Part shown: piece by piece, positions 1-12,970 of the stretch
Position numbering within the stretch: position 1 is the first letter of the stretch
Layout: every line of letters starts with the position of its first letter
Source of the DNA: Octopus vulgaris
Lineage: Eukaryota
Reading direction: 5' to 3'
Assembly: GCA_951406725.2 (NCBI GenBank)
Contig: OX597831.1
Location: forward strand, 71,734,001 to 71,798,000
Length of the DNA: 64,000 nt
Program-made: the position numbers and the translations under genes
Notes under the pieces: generated by a model
What the model saw: only the letters and a program-made list of their open reading frames with translations
Databases searched by the model: none
What the model was told of the DNA's origin: nothing

Positions 1-279
1 ATTAAACAATTGAAATTCCACCAGTAATTAGGAAAGTAATTAGCTTTAATGATAATTCTTGTTAACGAAACAAGGGAAAATTTATATAGATTAAGGATAT
101 GCAAAGGGAGTGTGTCCGAACTATGATAAAGTGTGCGTTAATTTACTGAAGTAAATAGATTTTAATAGATTAAAATTACATTTCCAGTAATGAGAAAAGT
201 ATCAAGGTATCCAAGATGATGACGCTGGACATGGTTTCGGTCCTATTAGTCTTAGAATAAGTGAAAGTATATAGCTTGT

Positions 280-583
280 GGAGGCGCAATGGCCCAGTGG
301 TTAGGGCAGCGGTCTCGCGGTCGTAGGATCGCGGTTTCGATTCCCAGACCGGGCGTTGTGAGTGTTTATTGAGCGAAAACACCTTAAAAGCTCCACGAAG
401 CTCCGGCAGGGGGTGGTGATCCCTGCTGTACTCTTTCGCCACTCTTTCTTTCACTCTTTCTTCTGTTGGCCTGCTCGCTTAGCCAGCGGGGTGGCGTCAT
501 TCGGAGGCTAAAACAATGTGAACGCATTGTGACCAGCGATGTGTAACAACATCTGATGGTCTGGTCGGTCACGTGATCACGTG
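280..583 (+). mobile_element. tRNA-derived SINE, family B (tRNA-Arg-like head), with 11-bp TSD
   Basis: A box TGGCCCAGTGG and B box GGTTTCGATTCC; TSD ATATAGCTTGT at 269-279 and 584-594; homologous copies at 26165, 32289, 45368. Confidence 0.9.
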
Positions 584-1539
584 ATATAGCTTGTACGTGA
601 AAATAATTCCTTGATATAGCAATTTGAAATGGTATTTAAAAATTTCCTATGAATACCTTCGGCCTGAGGAACGTACAGGTTGACAAAGTGAGTCAAACTA
701 TAGTACGGTTCATCAAAGACTGTAAGTTTGAGAAAAGCTTTCTTTGCGTATACAAAAGAATTCCATCTGCAGTTCCTTTCCAGCACTGTTAGGTGCCAGC
801 GTATCAACAAAATAGAGGGTGCCGAGATGGCTAAATAACGGAGAAGACGCTCCAATCTGAGTAGAGTATTCCACTCATGTATGGAGCGCAAGCAAGTGTT
901 TGCTCGAATTACTAAAGAGATATATCCTTGATGAATGACTGGAAAGTAGCTGCCGGCGGCAAAGCTGCTATTTGTGGTTTACACATAACAATATTTTCTT
1001 TATTTTTAGCGAGGTCATAAAATTCGAAGAGCAGAACAATCGAATAAAACATGATCAGTTCTTGACTGGTACTTATTTTCTCGTTCACAGTGTCATGAAA
1101 GACAAACTCGACTCCAGCAATTTTAGTTCACTCTCGATTTTGCCAGTCAAAGTTAATCTAATCTTAAACAATAATTACACAAAACTTCGTCATAAGGCCA
1201 ACATTTTAAGCAAGATTTAGGCATAAAGTCACACATTTCAAGGAAAACTTGATGTGCAACACCTGGCAGATACTTATTGTTTCGATTCCCAAAATGTTTA
1301 GGGCAAAATCGACATATGAAGCTAAACTCAGGAAATAAAGTGACGTAACAAATTAGCAAAACTTGTTTCATATGATATGCTGAACTAAATCTGAAACGCC
1401 AGATTCTCTCGTAATCATAATCTTATTATAATGATGATTATGTAGCGATTTATATATATATATATGTCACCGGTAAAACCATTATTTCTATCAATCTCCC
1501 TAAGTCACTTAAACTACAATGATATCCATTAACCCTTTC

Positions 1540-1695
1540 TACTACAAGCACAGAGCCTGAAATTTCGTTGGAGGAGGCTAGTCGATTACATCGACCCCAG
1601 TACTTCACTGGGACTTGTTTTATCGACCCCGAAAGAGTGAAAGTCAAAGTCGACTTCGGCGGAATATGAACTCATAAGGTAAACACAGACGAAGT
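1540..1695 (-). mobile_element. SINE family D fragment (Deu/Nin-like central domain)
   Basis: Reverse complement of the GTCGACTTTG(A/C)CTTTCA...GGGGTCGATAAA block shared with 2294 and 41810. Confidence 0.7.
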
Positions 1696-2293
1696 GATAT
1701 CCAGTAATAAAAGTTTTAAGAGCAAAGCCTTCCTAAATTGTCAAGCCGAAAACCGAAATTGAACGGGATCTTTAGATCTTCAGTCTTATGTTCTCAGAGG
1801 TGAACTATTTTGGCTCGCATGGTCTCCTACCAGCAAGTGTTTTGGTACTGAGACTGATCGGCTGCAATACTTGTACACTTGTTTATGGCTGCCTTTAGCC
1901 CAACACTGATTCTGACGGTGGGATTTGAACTCAAAACGGATAAAGCCGATACGGAAACTGCCAGGCATCGACTCTCACACATAACGCTAATACACTGCTA
2001 AAACGAGTCAATTTGTGAAACACAATAGGATGAGCGGCAAAGTTAGCCTTAGCGGGATTTGAACTCAGATTGAGAGCCGGAACAAATAACAAATAACACA
2101 AAACATTCTATAGGATGCTGCTACACAAATTAATAATCCGTTGGCCATTATTGCCATAATATAAAAAATATTTTGCTAAAGAAAGGCAAATGAAATGAGT
2201 TAAATGATAGGAAAGGAAACCCCTTTTCCAGACAAAAAGGTGATTCAAAGGATAATTGGTTTATTTAGTTTTATACAATAGTACATCTTTTTA

Positions 2294-2625
2294 GGTGGCG
2301 AGCTGGCGGAAACGTTAGCACGCCGGGCGAAATGCGTAGCCGTATTTCGTCTGCCCTTACATTCTGAGTTCAAATTCCGCCGGGGTCGACTTTGCCTTTC
2401 ATCCTTTCGGGGTCAATAAATTAAGTACCATTTACGCACTGGGGTCGATGTAATTGACTTAATCCGTTTGTCTGTCCTTGTTTGTCCCCTCTGTGCTTAG
2501 CCCCTTGCGGGTAGTAAAGAAATAGGTATTTCGTCTGCCGCTACGTTCTGTGTTCAAATTCCGCTGAGGTCCACTTTGCCTTTCATCCTTTCGGGGTCGA
2601 TTAAATAAGTACCAGTTACGTACGG
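2294..2625 (+). mobile_element. SINE family D, full unit plus 5'-truncated second unit
   Basis: Head GGCGAGCTGGCGGAAACGTTAGCA, B-box-like GAGTTCAAATTCC, central GTCGACTTTGCCTTTCATCCTTTCGGGGTC (resembles Deu/Nin SINE domain); second unit restarts at GTATTTCGTCTG near 2526. Confidence 0.85.
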
Positions 2626-3011
2626 AGGTCTTGTACAGAATTGGCATCTAAAACTTTACCGGCAATAGCCGGCTGTAGTTGTAACTGGGCTTCATGTACC
2701 TTTGCATGTCGTTTTACATACATACATACATGCATACATACATACATACATACATACATACATACATACATACATACATACATACATACATACATGTAAG
2801 GGCACAGAAATTTAGCCCGCCCGGGGATCCAACAGCTCTAGAGCCTGTCCTTTCCAGGTCATCTCTGACCAAACAGATATCTGTTTAAAGGTGTTTCAGT
2901 TGTTAACGTCCTGTCATTTTCTATATCAGAAACTACATTGTACAACATATCCTACCTTTTTCATAATGGTACATCGAAATTGAAGGAAATTTGGCTATTA
3001 GGTGTAGGACT

Positions 3012-3397
3012 AGCTGTGTGGTAAGTAGTTTGCTTACGAACCAAATGGTTCCGGGTTCAGTCCAACAACGTGGCACCTTGGGCAAATGTCTTCTTCTATA
3101 GCCTCGGGCCTACTAAAGCCTTGTGAATAGATTTGGTAGACGGAAACTGAAAGAAGCCCGTCGTATATATGTATCAATGAATGTGTGTGTGTATGTACTT
3201 GTGTGTGTATTTGTCCCTCCAACATCGCTTGACAACCGATGCTGGTGTGTTTACGTCCCCGTAACTTAGCGGTTCGGCAAAAGAGACCAATACAATAAGT
3301 ACTAGGCTTACAAAGAATAAGTCCTGGGGTCGATTTGCTCGACTAAAGGCGGTGCTCCAGCATGGCCACAGTCAAATGACTGAAACAAGTAAAGAGT
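3012..3397 (+). mobile_element. SINE family A (CORE-like, internal microsatellite)
   Basis: GCTGTGTGGTAAG...GGTTCCGGGTTCAG...CCTTGGGCAA head/core and GACTGAAACAAGTAAAGAGT tail; more than 20 copies in window. Confidence 0.9.
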
Positions 3398-4595
3398 ATT
3401 ATTTCGACTAGTTTCCAGCGATCATGAAGAGGCTCCGGCGTCCCGCGTTGGCTCCCGCGTTGGCTCCATGCCCAACTCATTGGTTTATCTCAAAATAATA
3501 TCGAAATGCAGTAAAATCGATGTAATATCTGCGCCTTTCTCGAGGACATCAACATTAATGACATCACTGATATGAAATGGCTGCACTGCAAACTAAAATC
3601 GAAACCTTGCCACGAACTCAGCTTCCCTTCAAAGACGGTCGTTTCTGCCCTAACACGAAATTGATAGGTTTGATTGTTTATTGATATCACGATGCTTGTA
3701 TTCATAGTTACATAAAGTTGTCTTTTCTGCTCCACTGTTGCAACCACTGTTTCTCGGCTGAGACTGATCACATACCACCACCACTCCCGATTAACTCATT
3801 GCTCCTCCTCTGACAGTCAATATCGTGTCTACTCACACTCTGGACCCATAGCAAGCAGCACTCCTTCTTTTCAGAAAGTCAACACTCTGTAATCCCTATT
3901 TGCACGTAATTTTCCCTTGTTACTGTCGACTTGCAGTTGTCCAAGGAAAACGTTAACTATGTTGATCTAAATGTTTTTAGGGGAACCGTAACGACAATGA
4001 GCTCAGCATCTTCTTCAGGATAGGGGGCCAGACTAATATGATCTACCTTTTACCAGAGGTAAAAATGGGTTTGCGAAGGGCCAACACCTCTGCCCAGAAA
4101 CAAAAAAAAATAAGCAAAGTTACTGAAGCATCGGTATTAATTCAAAACCAACAAATTCTGGGAGCGGAGAAACTTGCTTCAGTGGAACTTATGATGCAAC
4201 GCAGCGCAGTAAAATCTGCAAATCTGAGAAAGTAGGGATTCAACAGGAGAGAAACAGAAACGACTGCTTAGAGTCAAGAACAGTAGAGAAATGTTGACGA
4301 TTGCCTACACTACATGGCGGTTGGAAGGCTTAAATAAGAAAGTATATGGTTACAGAGGCAAAAGCTACAGGATGTTTTATAAGCAAAACTACTTCTGTTT
4401 ATAAAGGCAAGTCTAAATAAACTTCTATGGGTAAAATAACATTAAGATTTAAGGGTAAAACTGTCAACCTATATTATATTAGACAAGTCTAAATAAGTAT
4501 AGATTTGTTATATATTTATATAAATATAACTATATAGCATGAGATTCTGCAGGCAAATGGATATAAGGTTAAATGGACAAAATGGAATGAACTAA

Positions 4596-4965
4596 TTAGA
4601 CTGCGGCCATACTTGGGTACCGACTTGAAGAATTTTTAGTCGAATGAATCGACCCCAGTACTTTTTATTAAGCCTAGTACCTAGTTTATCGGTCTTGTTT
4701 GCCTAACGGCTAAGTTACAGGGACGTAAACACATTAACACCGGTTGTCAATCAGTAGTGGGGAGACAAATGCAGACACAAAACAAACACAGACACACATA
4801 TATTCGACGGACTTCTTTTAGTTTTCGTCTACCAAATCCATTCCCAAGGCTTTTGGTCTGGCTGTGACTATAGTAGAAGACATTGCCCAAGGTTCCACGC
4901 AATAGGACTGAACCCGGAACTATGTGTTTGGGAAGCAAGCTTCTTGCCACACAGCCACGCCCGCA
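4596..4965 (-). mobile_element. SINE family A
   Basis: Reverse-complement match to family A, diverged. Confidence 0.85.
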
Positions 4966-5677
4966 AATCTACGTATGGTTGTGTTGGTAAATCTTAACGA
5001 AGTAATGTAGACAAAGCTAGCTGAGGTTATCTAGGCGTTGCTGCGTGAGGTTATCGTGATACACAAGAATAGAAAATGTCTAGCACAAATCCTACCCCTT
5101 TACCGACAGAATCACGCCTACTCATTCAAAAACAAGACTACAGTAGAGCTAAATTGACAGAATGAGTCAAGAGCTTATTTACCTACTCAAAATTCCCGTG
5201 AGTTCAAAATTCTTTTGCAGGTTTTTAGTGATTTCTAAGGATCACTCCTTGGAAATCACTAAAAACCTGCTTACGACAACCAACGAGAGTGAAATGTTAT
5301 CGAAATATCCCTCGAATCGTCTCTTACCATTTCCTAAACGTAAAGATACAGACACATTGAGTAAACTAGTCCTAGTCTTGTCTAAAACCAAGGCAGGTGA
5401 GTCACGGCTGGACTACCTCTTACAACAGGTTTGACACTTTAGGGCTATCTAGATGTTAAACAATAGCAACTGCAGCTGGTTGTAAGAAATAGGTATATTT
5501 GTGGGCAAAAGAAGGTCTTTTTTCTTTTTCTTCGAAGTAATTACCTGAATTAAACTAGCGCTTTGTGCTAGGAAACGAGAGAAAGGCATCTCACTTTCGC
5601 TAAACGCTGGAGTGATTTGATCTAGTGCCGAAGCTGGGTACTGGTTTAACTGATCCTTGTCATTTATGAAAGAATTA

Positions 5678-5810
5678 GCGGCTGTGTGGTAAGAAACTTG
5701 CTTCCCAACCCATAGTTCCGAGTTCAGTCCCACTATATGGTACCTTGGCCAAGTGTCTTCAGCTACAGCCTTGGACTGAATGGATTTGGTCCACGGAAAT
5801 TGAAAGAAGC

Positions 5811-5869
<59 letters not shown>

Positions 5870-6132
5870 TATGTATGTGTGAGTGTGTGTGTGTGTGTGT
5901 TTGTGAGTGAGTGAGTGTGTGTATGTGTTTGTGTGTGCGTTTGTCCTCCACCGCTACTTGACAACCGGTGTTGACTTGTTTATGTCCCTGTAACTTAACG
6001 GTTCAGTAAAAGCGACCGATAGAATAAGCGCCAGGCTAAAAAAAAAACAATTACAGGGATCGATTCAACTAAATACTCTTCAAGGCGATGCCCCAGCATG
6101 GCCGCAGTTTAATGATTGAAACAGATAAAAGA
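5678..6132 (+). mobile_element. SINE family A with expanded (GT)n
   Basis: Family A head and tail around an internal (GT)n tract. Confidence 0.85.
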
Positions 6133-6547
6133 CATATCAGACGAGTCTGAATGTAACAACCAAACATCTCTAAGATTACATTTTACCGTCTTAAAAAAAG
6201 TATGGCGGCGAAAGAACACGGGTACTTCATGATATACAAAATGATAGAACGGTCACGGCTGCATAGTCTTGGGTTGGGGCTAATCTGGGGGTAGCTGGGT
6301 AGCTAAATAACAACAACATATTTAAGATTTTCCCCACTACGTTGAAAACACCCGAACCTCGGTTAAGATAGACTCGAATCACCATCTCTGTCACGAACCT
6401 CATGATGGATGTCTAGGTATCGGCGTATCAAGTCTCTGCCCGCCTCTCATCTCATGTCAAATTTCCTCACCCATATCATTGGAACCTGATCCACTTATGT
6501 CAAGTATTCTCTTTGCACATGTTTATCCCATTCGAGCTCTCAAATCC

Positions 6548-6612
<65 letters not shown>

Positions 6613-6971
6613 TCTCTTTCTCTCTCTTTCTTTCTCTACTTTTTCTTTGAATTGCTTCTTTATTTTTATTGCTTTTACTAAACTGACTTCTGACGTTTCA
6701 AGCGAGAGAACGCAGTATAACGGGTATTAAACAGTCGAAGAAGCAGCAGAAGTTAGTAGTTGCAGTAGCAACAGTAGTAGTAGTAGTAGCAGTAGTAGTA
6801 GTAGTAGTAGTAGTCATTGATAATGAACTGCCAGACCTCTGGTCAAAGGTGACCCCGCCGCGACCTTTCCCATCGTTTTACGTCTGCTTAGACAGTATAC
6901 CCAGAACTGAATTATTTCCCAAAACGGTGAAATGTAGTTTGAATGGTACACCCCTACCATAAGCACTATTT

Positions 6972-7170
6972 GGATATTTTCACTTTGACCGGCAGCTTTA
7001 AAAAATAATTTTTTGTAGCTAAACACTTTTAAACTTCGTATACTGGTAGAATGTGTCACATAAAACATCTTTTTCTCTTGGCTTTATTGAGAAAATTCTA
7101 TAGTTTGTAAGCTATTTGTTGTTAAATTTCTCGTATTTCGGCAATTCCAACCAATCAATGATGTCTATAG
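6972..7170 (+). mobile_element. Terminal fragment of long-TIR MITE related to 12065-12970
   Basis: Starts GGATATTTTCA; contains AAACTTCGTATACTGGTAGAATGTGTCA shared with the TIRs of the 12065 element. Confidence 0.6.
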
Positions 7171-8000
7171 AGATGAATACAATTACTGCTGTTGTTTGTC
7201 AACAAGAAGTTCATAATGTATGTTTAATGTATGTTTAATGTTTCGTATAAGTTGTGGTATCCGGTTCCGGCGACCGAGTATCGATCTATTTTATTGCATT
7301 TCAATCTGTTTCTTAAACGAAATATACACCGGCGGAACTTCTTGTAGAGTCTGCGTTGTAAGATCTACTCTAAGTTGAGTCATTTCCCTTCACTTTTCCA
7401 ATTGTTGTTACAGTAATGTATGAAACAAGTGTGTGTGCCGCCAAGGACGGGCTCTTGCGTATGAGTTGCAAAAAGCCTATACAGGCTTTTATAGCAGACC
7501 TAAAATTGCTGCCCCATAAAATGGTCGCTCGGGGTGGACCATTCCTACCACCGTTAACCATGCTACTGCATTGTCATTAGCTAGAAGGATAGGATCAAAT
7601 GGGCTGAGTTGCGCTCTCATTGGCCACTAAAACATTACATAATATGGAATTTTTTAGTAGTAGACTAATTCTTTAGTATCAAAGGTTAAAGCTTTTCACG
7701 GAACTTCGGCTGAGCAGAAACAAGACGAACCCAGGTTTCGATTCATTAATGTTTGTCTTATTTTATCTTTTATCTTCTACTAGTTTCAATCATTGGACTG
7801 CACCCAGTATTTATTTTAAGTACGATATTCATTCTATCGGTCTCTTTTACCGAACAGTTACGGGAACGTAAACAAACCACCACCTGTTATCGAGCAGTGA
7901 AGGACATACATACACACACATACATACATACAGACAGCCACACACACACACACACATACACACATATATATTGAGACGAGTACCAATATTTCCAGGTGGT

Positions 8001-8050
8001 AGGCTTGAAAGGTGTAAAGAGATCCCTCCATATGAAACCATTAGTAGCCT
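8001..8050 (+). ncRNA. Degenerate minimal hammerhead-like motif, putative U3-A8 core
   Basis: AGGC-TTGAAAG-[stem II]-GAA-ACCATTAGT-A-GCCT; stem I AGGC/GCCT; second copy at 37880-37947. Confidence 0.45.
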
Positions 8051-8304
8051 TGTTAACCAACAAATAAAGAATATTTATCCTCCAATGCGGCACTGAGCAC
8101 TCATTGTCACTGTTCTATATTAGGGTGTATACATAATACATACATACATACATAACTACATACATAATACATAACATACATACATACATAAAGTTAAAAG
8201 AAAATGGAGAAGAAAAAAATATATAATAGATACTTGGTTCATTTTATTTGTATCACAATGGGAAAATAATGCAAAGTAAAGTGATACCTATAAGAATATG
8301 GAAT

Positions 8305-8585
8305 ACGAGGGTCCCAGCTGATACGATCAACAGAACAGCTTGCTCGTGAAATTAACGTGCAAATGGTTGAGCACTCCACAGACACGTGTACCCTTAACGT
8401 AGTTCTCGAGATTCAGTGTGACACAGAGTGTGACAAAGCTGGCCCTTTGAAATGCAGGTACTTCTCATTTTTGGCAGCTGAGTGGACTGAAGCAATGTGA
8501 AATAAAGTGTCTTGCTCAAGGACACAACGTGTCGCTGAGAATTGAACTCACGATCGTGAGCCGAATGCCCTTACCACTAAGCCGT
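8305..8585 (-). mobile_element. SINE family C (CORE-like head, tail 2)
   Basis: Minus strand: GGCTTAGTGGTAAGG A box, GTGTCCTTGAGCAAGACACTTTAT core; tail shared with the 45368 copy. Confidence 0.8.
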
Positions 8586-10305
8586 ACTAAATACACAACC
8601 GAAAGAGCTACTATTAGTTTCATGCTATTATGATACTTGAACAGGCATATTTATAAAATGCGCCACCTTTTTTGTAATCTGTGTTTGCTGCTTTGCGAAC
8701 ATGGCTAACGTCAGCAGTTTTGACTACAACATATAAATATTACTGATCGCAAGTAGCAGGTATTATAGAAGCGGATCTCCATCCTTGGCCCAATGCCATA
8801 TTTATCAGTTGTCGTCTTGACGTAGATCAAGCCTGATCGAGCTGACTAATACTCAAAGGCGTTCCAGTCATGTTCAGTCTGTCAATGTATATTAGTAACT
8901 ACACTCCCCAATGTACTCTTCATTTTAGATGGAAGAATGTGATTTGAGGATGGTTTGGTTGTTAATTCACGGTCGCTCTTCGCAGAAATTGAGAGAAGAA
9001 TAGAGTAAAGAGAGTGAGCTTCCAGTAAATAACAGTTTAAAAATAAATCCAACAAAAATATCCCAGAAATATGTGACATAGAAATAAAGACTGCAGAGTA
9101 AGCTGTTAACGACTCATTCGCGCAACCTTTGCTTCGTGTAACGTTTTCCTTGATGGCATGGCTGCAGCTGCTATACCTGTGATCATGGATTTGCTTGTAC
9201 AGAACTAATCTAAAATTTAACGGCAAATACAACAACAACAACAACAACAACAACATCAACAACAGCTCCTTTCCCTTTATATAACAACAAATAATGACTT
9301 TAAAATGAGCATCAATTACATGAAAGGAAAAGAGGATATGTAATGAATAAACTCTTTGTACATAGTTTTATCGAGATACGAAGTGGTAAACAGTTTGTTA
9401 AATATAATAAGATTTGAACGTGGATTCGATAGTGTTGGAAGTAAATAGTAATTAGTAAAAGTAATTAGGCCAACATGTTGATATGCCATCTGTCAATGGC
9501 CTTTCTAATCTAAGCTTTCTTGAATGACAAGGATTTACATAAATAGATGGTAAGCAAATCCTGTTTTGGCAGCTATTATTAAACTGGTGAAAGATAAATT
9601 TGCTACCGATTAGAACGCAAAACTATGGCAGTCAGCTCCTCGCTGGAGGAATTCAACTTAACTCTGCAAATCAAGGAAATGTGTTATCAATTAAACGATG
9701 TTGCAACTGATTACAGCTTTGAATTATACAAGCTTGTGTCATACATTGTGTCAACCTTTTAGAGTGACGTGGTTCAAATATTATTTGCGTCCCCTTCACG
9801 AAACCAGCCACACTCTATCTTTCTACACGCAACTAATCTTGTCTTTAATAATGCTGTCCACTGTTCAAGCGTTACATATCCAAACAAGACCTTTAAGAAG
9901 AGTATTCAGCCGATATACAGATTCCGGCCCCAAAGAGCCCTTCCCCGCTAAAACACTCACAGTTCATTTTAATTTTGAGCTCACATAATGCTAGTTCTGG
10001 CCGTTAAGCCTTTAAAAACAAAGATAATCACAGTTTTGAAGTCTACTTCTCCATGCTTGCATTAGTTAGACGGAAATTTTTAAGGCTGATTTTCGACTGT
10101 CGGATACTCGTCCTGTCTCCAACTTTCGCCAGTTTCTATGCAAGGTAATATTTCCCCCATAAATAGACATATTTTCACAAAAGACTGGAAACGAGCGACA
10201 CCATTTTGTATGATGGTGATGTTCTTTTACAATTGTTGAACGATGCCGAGACGCGTGCGCGCACACACACATACACACGCACATACATGCGCATATACAG
10301 ACATA

Positions 10306-10354
<49 letters not shown>

Positions 10355-10357
10355 GTG

Positions 10358-10475
10358 GCTTACGGCCATATCACGTTGAAAGCATCGGTTCTCATCCGAT
10401 CAACGAAGTTTTGCAACATCGAGCCTCGTGAGTACTTAGATGGGTGATCGCTTGGGAAACCTAAGTGCTGTAAGC
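10358..10475 (+). pseudogene. 5S rRNA pseudogene
   Basis: 118-nt GCTTACGGCCATATCACGTTGAAAGC...GTGCTGTAAGC with pairing ends; internal control region altered (GAAGTTTTGC, AGATGGGTGATCGC); solitary copy with no oligo-T terminator directly after. Confidence 0.9.
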
Positions 10476-10490
10476 GACTCACTCTTTGTA

Positions 10491-10914
10491 GGCGCAGGAG
10501 TGGCTGTCTTGTAAGTAGCTTGCTTACCAACCACATGGTTTCTGGTTCGGTCCCACCGCGTGGCAACTTGGGCAAGTGTCTTCTGCTATAGCCCCGGGCC
10601 GACCAATGCCTTGTGGGTGGATTTGGTAGACGGAAACTGAAAGAAGCCCGTCGTATATATGTATGTATTTATATATATATGTGTGTATGTGTGTGTTTGT
10701 GTGTCTGTGTTTGTCCCCCCCCCTCCCAATATCGCTTGACATCCGATGCTGGTGTGTGTACGTCCCTGTAACTTAGCGGTTCGGCAAAAAGAGACCTATA
10801 GACTAAGTACTAGGCTTACAAAGAATAAGTCCTGCGGTCGATTTGCTCGACTAAAAGGTGGTGCTCCAGCATGGCTGCAGTCAAATGACTGAAACAAGTA
10901 AAAGAATAAAAGAA
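10491..10914 (+). mobile_element. SINE family A
   Basis: Full-length, from GGCGCAGGAGTGGCTG to the AAAAGAAT tail. Confidence 0.9.
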
Positions 10915-11003
10915 TATTTATACACACACACACAACGTGAGCACATTAGTGCAAACAAGATGAACAAAATAGAACTCGAATATCAAAGGTAGAGTAATAC
11001 ACT

Positions 11004-11137
11004 TTTTATTAAAACTGCAAAATTATCACAGAACTGTTACTCAGTTTTACGTTCCCGTTCGTTGGACAGCTGTCCGGTGAACAGGGACGTGAAACTCTGA
11101 GTAACAGTTGTATGATAATTTTGAAGCTTTAATAAAA
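11004..11137. repeat. Imperfect fold-back; decayed copy of the double-hammerhead palindrome family
   Basis: Arms around centre GACAGCTGTC; right arm CCGGTGAACAGGGACGTGAAACTCTGAGTAACAG homologous to 30877-30914. Confidence 0.7.
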
Positions 11138-11141
11138 TGTT

Positions 11142-11187
<46 letters not shown>

Positions 11188-11339
11188 TATGTATGATAAA
11201 ACTTACTTGGAAGTGGATGCGTGGCGTTCGATCATATAATAACAGATTAATAAATAAAACATATGCATACATACATACATACATACATACATACATACAT
11301 ACATACATACATGTACATACCTACATCTATATGTATATA

Positions 11340-11490
11340 AAGTTAATCCAAACAAGAAAACACAAAAAAAAACACAACAACGCGAGGACGTGGAACAAAT
11401 ATAGTATTATTGGATGCTCAGGAAGGAAGGGAAGAAGGAGGGTTTAACGTTTCGAGCGGAGCTCTTCGTCGGAAACATAGAAGGAAAGAT
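11340..11490 (-). mobile_element. Short Penelope-pLTR-like element with hammerhead motif (U4C core) at 11442-11476
   Basis: Minus strand GTTT-CCGACGA-A-GAGC(TCC)GCTC-GAA-ACGT-T-AAAC; near-identical copies at 32873-33077 and 37620-37780. Confidence 0.7.
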
Positions 11491-12064
11491 CTATATGTAT
11501 ATATACATGCTTATATGGGTACAGGACACAAAAAAAAACGTAGAACACAACGAGAAACGAAAACATAAAAACAAAAACATGGAAACGGACTTTTTCAACA
11601 ACGACAAAACAGAGTAAAAGACATACAACACAAGGAACTTTCCCCTTCTTCCGCTGCCCCTGCTTCGACTATGTATGTATGTATGTTTACAATGGGTTGC
11701 TTTCAGTTTTTGTCTACCAAATCCATCTACAAGACTTGGGTACTGTGCAGTGGAACCGAAACCGAAACTACATGGTTACGAAGTGAACTTCTTAACCACA
11801 CAGTCATGCCTAGGGTTGCAAGCTACCCTAATATGGCTTGCCCGTCTGTGCTTGCTTGGCCCTTATTAAGCAGATATCCCCGCACTTATTAACACCTATA
11901 AAATTATGTCCTTCTGTAAATGCCATTTCCCTGAAATCGTTACGCAGTTAATAAGGGGAAGTCCTTGTGTTTATTAAGACCTTTATATGTTAACCTTTCG
12001 TAGGTTGCCAGTAAGTCTATAATGCTGTCTCTCTCTGAAGTTAAGTCCTTAATAAACTGACTTC

Positions 12065-12537
12065 GGATCTTTTCAATTGTGTGGCCAGGAGCCCAGATCT
12101 TTCTACTTAACTAAATAATTTGAAACTTCGTATGCTGGTACAGTGTTTCAAAACAAGACACAGGTTGGAACTAGTTTATTTGAGAAAAATCTATTTTATG
12201 ACTTTAATCGTAGATTAAAACTGCGAATTTTAACCAATGAGATTGCTTGTTTTCATATTTAATACGTTACTGCATTCTGTTAGTGTGACGTAGAAAGCAG
12301 TTTTGTGACGTAGGCAACTGTGCACATTTGAGGCTAACATACATAGATACATACACACACACACACATACATACAGATACACATACACCGAGTATTCACT
12401 CGAAAAAACTTAACACTGAATCGGCCATACATACATGTGTGACACACACACACACACACATAGATACACACACACACACATACATACATAGATACATACA
12501 CACACACACACATACATACATAGATACATACACACAC

Positions 12538-12610
<73 letters not shown>

Positions 12611-12970
12611 TAGATACATACACACATACATACATACATTCATACATACATACATTCATACATATACACATACACCGAGTAAAAAATTTCATCGTTATTG
12701 TTTTGTTTACATTTGTTTACATACCATATGTTTACTACGTCACCAAATTGGTGGTCGAGACGGAGTAAATAATATGAAGCCGAAAGACGGAATACCATTG
12801 GTTAAAATTCTAATTATTAAACAATGTTAAACTTAGAAGTTACAATTCCGTTTTCATTCTGGTTTACAATTAAGTTTACTTTTGACACATTCTACCAGTA
12901 TACGAAGTTTCAAATTGTTTGGTTAAGTAGGAAAAATTTGAAAAAACTGGCTTCACAAATGAAAAGATCC
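12065..12970. mobile_element. Non-autonomous DNA transposon (MITE) with long imperfect TIRs and 8-bp TSD
   Basis: Ends GGATCTTTTCA and TGAAAAGATCC; TSD CTGACTTC at 12057-12064 and 12971-12978; internal (CA/TACA)n. Confidence 0.85.

Noticed and set aside
280-356. Possible tRNA-Arg gene
   Set aside because: Acceptor stem does not pair properly; it is the head of a SINE with tail and TSD
3980-4330. Possible RTE-type LINE 5' UTR
   Set aside because: Only a vague resemblance; no downstream endonuclease motifs readable
10358-10475. Functional 5S rRNA gene
   Set aside because: Solitary copy with altered internal promoter boxes and no terminator; treated as a pseudogene
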